16,548 nt of DNA, taken from the NCBI GenBank assembly GCA_964632315.1, contig CAZWEM010000005.1, positions 131,772 to 148,319 of the forward strand, read 5' to 3'. This stretch comes from an uncultured archaeon. Lineage in GTDB: Archaea; Asgardarchaeota; Lokiarchaeia; Sigyniarchaeales; SOKP01. Shown piece after piece: positions 1 through 6,800 of this stretch. The number at the start of each line of letters is the position of its first letter. Position 1 is the first letter of the stretch. A program made the position numbers and the translations under genes. The notes beneath the pieces were generated by a model. It was not told the origin of the DNA and did not search any database. It worked only from the letters and a program-made list of their open reading frames with translations.

Positions 1-2745
1 ATTAACCTTACCGTGTCGTATAAAGAATTAATCTCAACTCTATTCATAAGTGGAGCAACCGTGGATGTGAATGGTTCTGGCATTTCAGAACCGCTCAATG
101 AGGTTTATAACAATTATACGTACACGATAGACACGAGTGAATTAAACTTTGGTGCCAACTTCTTGACGATATATGCTAGAAAGAGTGGGTATGAACCACA
201 ATCGATCATTATCACGATTCAGATAGTTCAAATAGAAACCGAGCTGAAGCTTTACTTAGATGGTGTGGATAAGACTTCGAGTCCATCATTAACCACTTAC
301 GCCAATCAATTAATTAACCTAACAGTTTCTTATATAGATTCAATTGCAACACAATTCATTAGTGGAGCAACCGTGGACGTGAATGGTTCTGGCATTTCAG
401 AACCGCTCAATGAGGTTTATAACAATTATACGTACACGATAGACACGAATGAATTAAACTTTGGTGCCAACTTCTTAACGATCTATGCCAGAAAAGAGGG
501 GTACGAGCCTCAATCGATCGTACTCACGGTTCAGATAGTTCAAATAGAAACCGAGCTGAAGCTTTACTTAGATGGCGTGGATAAGACTTCGAGTCCAGCA
601 ATAACCACCTACACCAATCAATTGATTAACCTTACCGTGTCGTATAGAGAAGATATCTCAACCACGTTCATTAGCGGAGCAACTGTGGATGTAAACGGTT
701 CTGGCATATCAGAACTTCTCGATGAGGTTTATAATAATTATACGTACATAATAGACACGAGTGAATTAAACTTCGGAGCCAATTTCTTGACGATTTATGC
801 CAGGAAAGAGGGATATGAACCTCAATCGATCATACTCACGGTTCAAATAGTTCAAATAGAAACTATATTGGATTTATACATAGATGGCGTGGATAAAACT
901 TCAAATCCAGCAATAAATGCCTATACCAATCAATTGATTAACCTAACAGTGTCCTATAGAGAAGATATCTCAGCAACGTTTATTAGCGGAGCAACTGTGG
1001 ATGTAAATGGTTCTGGCATATCAGAACTTCTCGATGAGGTTTATAATAATTATACGTACACGATAGACACGAGTGAATTAAACTTCGGAGCAAATTTCTT
1101 GACGATATATGCCAGGAAGAATGGGTACGAGCCACAATCGATCATACTCACCGTTCAGGTAGTTCAAATAGAAACAGTGTTGGATCTATACATAGATGGC
1201 GTGGATAAAACTTCAAATCCAGCAATTACCACTTATAACAATCAATTTATTAACCTAACCGTGTCCTATAGAGAAGATATCTCAACCATGTTCATTAGCG
1301 GAGCAACCGTTGACGTGAACGGTTCTAGCATATCAGAACTTCTCGATGAGGTTTATAATAATTATACGCTCACGATAGACACGAGTGAATTAAACTTCGG
1401 AGCAAATTTCTTGACGATATATGCCAGGAAGAATGGGTACGAGCCACAATCGATCATACTCACCGTTCAGGTAGTTCAAATAGAAACAGTGTTGGATCTA
1501 TACATAGATGGCGTGGATAAAACTTCAAATCCAGCAATTACCACTTATAACAATCAATTTATTAACCTAACCGTGTCCTATAGAGAAGATATCTCAACCA
1601 TGTTCATTAGCGGAGCAACCGTTGACGTGAACGGTTCTAGCATATCAGAACTTCTCGATGAGGTTTATAATAATTATACGCTCATGATAGACACGAGTGA
1701 TTTAAACTTCGGAGCCAATTTCTTGACGATCTATGCTAGAAAAGATGGGTACGAGCCACAATCGATCATACTCACCGTTCAGATAGTTCAAATAGAAACA
1801 GTGTTGGATCTATACATAGATGATACGGACAAAACCTCGAATCCAGCAATAACAACTTATCCAGATCAATTGATTAACCTTACCGTGTCGTATAAAGAAT
1901 TAATCTCAACTCTATTCATAAGTGGAGCAACTTTGGACGTGAATGGCTCTGGCATTTCAGAACCACTAAATGAAGTTTATAATAATTATACATACACGAT
2001 AGATACGAGTAAATTAAACTTTGGAGCCAATTTCTTGACGATCTATGCCAGAAAAGAGGGATATGAACCGCGATCAATCATACTCACGATTCAGATAGTT
2101 CAAATAGAAACCGTGTTGAATTTATACTTAGATGATACGGACAAAACCTTGAATCCAGCATTGACTACTTATCCAGATCAATTTATTAACCTAACCGTGT
2201 CCTATAGAGAAGATATCTCAACCACGTTCATTAGTGGAGCAACCGTTGACGTGAACGGCTCTAGCATATCAGAAGTCCTCGTGGAAAGTTATGATAATTA
2301 TACTCTCTTGATAGACACGAATGAGTTAAACTTTGGAGCCAACTTCTTGACAATCTATGCCAGAAAAGAAGGGTACGAGCCTCAATCGATCATAATCACC
2401 GTTCAAATAGTTCAAATAGAAACCGTGCTGGATTTGTACTTAAATGGTGTGGATAAAACCTTGAATCCATCATTAACCACATATACGGATCAATTAATTA
2501 ACCTTACTGTTTCCTATAAAGAAGCCTTCTCAAAAGCATTTATTAGTGAAGCAACCGTGGATGTGAATGGTTCTGATGTGTCTGGTGTGTCAGAAATTCT
2601 TGTAGAAAGTCATGATAATTATACGATCATAATTGATACGAGTGAATTAAGGCTTGGAGCAAATTTCCTAACAATTTATGCTAGGAAAGAAGGATATGAA
2701 CCCCAATCAATCATAATCACAGTTCAAATAATTCAAATTGAAACT
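1..2745 (+). repeat. Intragenic tandem array, 312-nt (104-codon) period, >=9 units
   Basis: The (V/L)DVNGS-coding anchor recurs at 61, 373, 685, 997, 1309, 1621, 1933, 2245 and 2557, an exact 312-nt spacing. 1059-1372 is identical to 1371-1684. Confidence 0.97.
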
Positions 2746-3651
2746 GGGGTGAATTTAACCCTAAATGGAAATCCAACAACATTCTTGACCATTCCGATTA
2801 GAAAATTGTTGAACATTACGGTTAATTATTTTGAGGTTGCAAGTGAAACAGCAATTACAGATGCCACTATTCAATTAATTGGAGGAGGAATTTCATCAAA
2901 TTTAATAGAGAATGCGATAAATCATCAATATTCAATCGTTATTGATACAGGTCAGTTAGATCCGGGTGGAAAACTTTTTACAATTTACTGTAATCGCACG
3001 AATTATCAACCATATTCAGCTAACTTGAAAATTCAAGTGGATAGGATAAGAACAAATATCACTACTTCTACGGGAGATACATTATTTAACTTTAAACCTG
3101 GAGATAATTTCCAATTAAAAGTTAACCTTACAGATTTAGACTTTAATGCGAAGGTACTAAATGCAACTGTCACTTACACGTGGGATTATGGTCAAGGAGA
3201 TTTAACTGATGAAAATAATGATGGCGTTTATGAAGGTACCATTTCAAACTTGAGAGAAGGAACATTTGTTGTAACAATTTCAGTGTATGCTGGAGATGAT
3301 TATGAATTTGAACGATTTACAGTCACACTAAACGTTGTGAGACCTCCTGAGGAGGTTTTACTCTTTCAAGTGTTAACCATAGTAGGAATAGGAGCTGCAA
3401 TCGGCTTAGGCGGATATTTATTTGCGTATCAAAAAGTTCTTAAGTACCCTAAGCAAGTAAGAAAAATTCGAAAGTACAAGAGTAAGTTAAAGAAACGTAA
3501 GTCATTAGGAATCGAAACTCGTTCAAGAGATCAGATAATCGAAGATAATTATGCAGAAAAGATTCATCCTTTAGAAAAAACATTAAAGAGCAAAATGGGC
3601 ATGAAAGCTGAGATCGAAAAAGAACCGATTGAAAAACCTCAAAACAATTAA
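1..3651 (+). CDS. Giant repetitive single-pass cell-surface (glyco)protein, 5'-truncated; tandem 104-aa Ig-like/beta-sandwich modules, C-terminal TM and cytoplasmic tail
   Basis: Frame is open from base 1 (INLTVSY...), mid-repeat, so GTG at 13 is not the true start. Nine near-identical modules (INLTVSY..ISGATVDVNGS..NYT..LNFGANFLTIYARKxGYEPQS), one diverged module, a juxtamembrane domain, TM LLFQVLTIVGIGAAIGLGGYLFAY (~3358-3429), then a basic tail. Ig-like fold is inferred from module length and alternating hydrophobic pattern. Confidence 0.9.
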   Translation: MNLTVSYKELISTLFISGATVDVNGSGISEPLNEVYNNYTYTIDTSELNFGANFLTIYARKSGYEPQSIIITIQIVQIETELKLYLDGVDKTSSPSLTTYANQLINLTVSYIDSIATQFISGATVDVNGSGISEPLNEVYNNYTYTIDTNELNFGANFLTIYARKEGYEPQSIVLTVQIVQIETELKLYLDGVDKTSSPAITTYTNQLINLTVSYREDISTTFISGATVDVNGSGISELLDEVYNNYTYIIDTSELNFGANFLTIYARKEGYEPQSIILTVQIVQIETILDLYIDGVDKTSNPAINAYTNQLINLTVSYREDISATFISGATVDVNGSGISELLDEVYNNYTYTIDTSELNFGANFLTIYARKNGYEPQSIILTVQVVQIETVLDLYIDGVDKTSNPAITTYNNQFINLTVSYREDISTMFISGATVDVNGSSISELLDEVYNNYTLTIDTSELNFGANFLTIYARKNGYEPQSIILTVQVVQIETVLDLYIDGVDKTSNPAITTYNNQFINLTVSYREDISTMFISGATVDVNGSSISELLDEVYNNYTLMIDTSDLNFGANFLTIYARKDGYEPQSIILTVQIVQIETVLDLYIDDTDKTSNPAITTYPDQLINLTVSYKELISTLFISGATLDVNGSGISEPLNEVYNNYTYTIDTSKLNFGANFLTIYARKEGYEPRSIILTIQIVQIETVLNLYLDDTDKTLNPALTTYPDQFINLTVSYREDISTTFISGATVDVNGSSISEVLVESYDNYTLLIDTNELNFGANFLTIYARKEGYEPQSIIITVQIVQIETVLDLYLNGVDKTLNPSLTTYTDQLINLTVSYKEAFSKAFISEATVDVNGSDVSGVSEILVESHDNYTIIIDTSELRLGANFLTIYARKEGYEPQSIIITVQIIQIETGVNLTLNGNPTTFLTIPIRKLLNITVNYFEVASETAITDATIQLIGGGISSNLIENAINHQYSIVIDTGQLDPGGKLFTIYCNRTNYQPYSANLKIQVDRIRTNITTSTGDTLFNFKPGDNFQLKVNLTDLDFNAKVLNATVTYTWDYGQGDLTDENNDGVYEGTISNLREGTFVVTISVYAGDDYEFERFTVTLNVVRPPEEVLLFQVLTIVGIGAAIGLGGYLFAYQKVLKYPKQVRKIRKYKSKLKKRKSLGIETRSRDQIIEDNYAEKIHPLEKTLKSKMGMKAEIEKEPIEKPQNN

Positions 3652-3662
3652 AAAATCTCACA

Positions 3663-3700
3663 ATTTTTTATTTAATTTCTTTATTTTTATTTTATTTCTA
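3663..3700 (+). terminator. Probable archaeal oligo-T terminator region
   Basis: Several T-runs (attttttatttaatttctttatttttattttattt) right after the stop at 3651. Confidence 0.5.
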
Positions 3701-3827
3701 AATTGATTTAGTTCTCCTTTTAAATTAGCCTTTAAAAATTAATAGTTATAATTCGAAGTGCAAGATGTTAAATTGAACTACTTTTACAATTATATTAATC
3801 ATTTTTTAAAATTAGGGATGAGTAGGT

Positions 3828-6800
3828 ATGAACACCTATATTACAGAGAAACTAAAATATTATAAGAAAAAAAAATTTGTAATTTTAATACTTGTTGTCT
3901 TATTTACAAGTCTCTTGATGGTTAATTTTTCGGGAAAGAATCAAAATTTAACAAGTATTAAAGATGAGATAAATGACGAATCTTTTGTTGATAGCTTAAA
4001 ACCTAATGATATTTCAATAGATAATTCATTCACTGGTGTAGGTTTACCATGGAACGTTACTCATTTTGCAAATTATACAAAATCGAATTTACAGGTGAGT
4101 TTTAATAATAATTCCTTTGATGACACTCATGCACAAGTAGAGCTACATGGTTGGAATGGTTATCAATTAAATTCTACAATAACAAATTTATATGATACGC
4201 GGAATTGGATAAATGGAACGTTCCACGCGGGTTCGTTTGGAGGATCTCCATCCGGATCAGATGACAGTGAATATATCGATGATTGGACGTTTAAAACTCA
4301 AGACATACAAGGATATACAAATCCTATGAGTGGAAATTACTATGATAGCTCAGCTTCTACATCTGATTATGAAGATTGTTTGGAATTGAGAATTCAAGAT
4401 GATACTGGTGGTGGAGGTCATTATGATATCGGGGATAAATGTTGGTGGGAATCTACTTTTGAACTTGATAGAGGGGATGTGGATGAGGCTTTGCTATCTT
4501 TTGCAATAAGGCCGAAATATGGTGATGGATACAATAACCATATGGTAATGCAAGTTTTAGCGAATGGAAAACTGATATGGGGGAACGGACTCCAATCATT
4601 ACTCGATGCATCTGGATCTCCTACTTCAGGTCAATGGTACAATCCGTATCCTATTTACTTAAACGGAAATGACGCTCAAATTTTTCCAGAAGGAGTTAAA
4701 GATATTAATATTACTATAGAATTTAAAAGAGTTAGTGGGACTGCTCCAAGTGCATATGCATCTTCCTATTCTGTGCTCTTTGACAACGTTTCATTAATAG
4801 TTAAATCTCAAGCCAAACCAACCCAAATTGGATTACAATTAAATGGTGAAAATGTTCTTGATAATACTAATTATGGTGAAGGATCTCTCGGTATAAATGG
4901 TAATTGGAATGGGAGTCTCCAAACATCAGTAATTGCTAATTTTAGTAGTAATCAAAATTGGGATTACACTTATAAAGATGATGGAAATTGGCAAAGTTAT
5001 AAAATAGATTTTAGTACAAATTTGAACATATATACTTATAAATCTACTCCAGAAACATATTATATTGCGGATTCAAGTTTGGAATTCCAAGGTTCATCGT
5101 TTATCACTTCTAATAGTAGCAATACAAATTGGAGTACCTATGCACACATGGAAGTTCCAGCGGGTTATGAAGAAACTAATATGACAATTGAATATACTAA
5201 TGATTATAACTTAACAGGAATATTTTTTTCACTAAATCCAGATTCTTTATCGCAAGCTTCTATCAAGGAAATTGGTAATATAAAAATTGTAAATATTCCA
5301 GTGAGTAGTATAACCAGTAATACAAATGGATTTTGGAAGTTAACAGCAGAGTCACCTAATTATTGTGAATATATGGAGATGTATAGTAATGCTACAGGTT
5401 CTTGGGAACTTACTAATAAATACTTGAGTGGGCAATATATTAATATTACAGCCAAAGTTGATAACTCGGGATTAATTTCTAGTTATATTCAACAAACCAA
5501 AGCCTATCTCCAGCTTAGGTTTCCAAATGGTACGATCTGGGCAGTGCAAAATCAAATAAAAACAGTCGATAATACAGGGATGGTTTATTTTGATCCTATC
5601 CTAATTCCAGATGATATACCGAATTATAAAGCTGGAGAATATGAAGCTATCATAACTTGGAATAACTCTTATTCATCTTTTGGTACAAATGAGTCAGGAA
5701 TTGTTCATAAAAAGTTCACAGTAATACATGATTCGGTTCTTTATCCTGATCAAGGCATATACTTTATTGAAGAAGTATTTGACGATAGAATAATTAATAT
5801 TAAAGTGTCATTTAGGGATATAAAAGATGGAACTGCCATAAACAATGCTTATATTTACACGGATTATTCTGGGGAGGAAGAAGAATTATTTCAAACTAGT
5901 CCAGGGTTTTTTCTATATGAATTTAACGCTTCTAAAGCCAATGCAGGGAATAATACTATAACGATATATGCTAATTCAAGCTATTATGTAAATAAAATTA
6001 TAAATATTACAGTTGAAGTTATTAAAAACACAATATTGACAGTAGAAACAGATTTTTTTACAACACCGTGGAATCAGAATTTTACAGTTCGATTTAATTA
6101 TACTGAAGAAATAAATCCAGTAAATAAAATTAACACTTCTGATATCACTTTAAATGGATGGTTTGGAGATTATCATTTGACACAACTTTATGTGGGAGAA
6201 TACATATTAGAATGTAATAATTCAGTATATAGCGCGTTAACTCTTCAATCATTTATTATTTCGGTGAATGCATATAAATACGAGTCTCAAACTGTCTTGA
6301 TTAGAGTACAAATTACAGAATTAGCATCATCGATTAATAATGTAACATTGAATGGAGAGTCAACAAATTCAATTCAGATAGATTGGAATGAGCTAGTAGA
6401 TATTAATATATGTTATAATGAATCTGCAACGGGGAATTTTATTCAAGGAGCTACTGTAGAAATAATAGGGACAGATTTTTCAGATCTATTATCTCAATCT
6501 GGAAATCAATATAGTATTACAATAAATACCTCCTTATTTAACATTGGAAACAATTTCTTAACAATTTTAGCTCAAAAAGAAAATTATAATATCGCATCGA
6601 AATTAATCACAATTTCAGTCGAAGAGAGACCAACGAATATTGTAACTATCTTGAACCACACTATCAGCAATTCAATCACTTTTCCCCATGGAGAGTTGCT
6701 TAATTTCACAGTTATTTATACAGATGCATCAGGACCGTTTATTGAAGGAGCAAGTGTAGAATTAAGAGAAGGAGGAATTGTAAAATATGTCCTTGACCCG

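Noticed and set aside
13-15. GTG start for the first CDS
   Set aside because: It is the Val of the repeated INLTVSY motif; the frame is open from base 1 and there is no signal peptide.
1-2745. CRISPR array or DGR template/variable repeat pair
   Set aside because: Repeats are in-frame 312-nt coding units without spacers; differences do not look adenine-specific; no cas or reverse transcriptase gene in the window.
3449-3661. 70-aa minus-strand ORF
   Set aside because: Antisense shadow of the Lys-rich tail of the first CDS.
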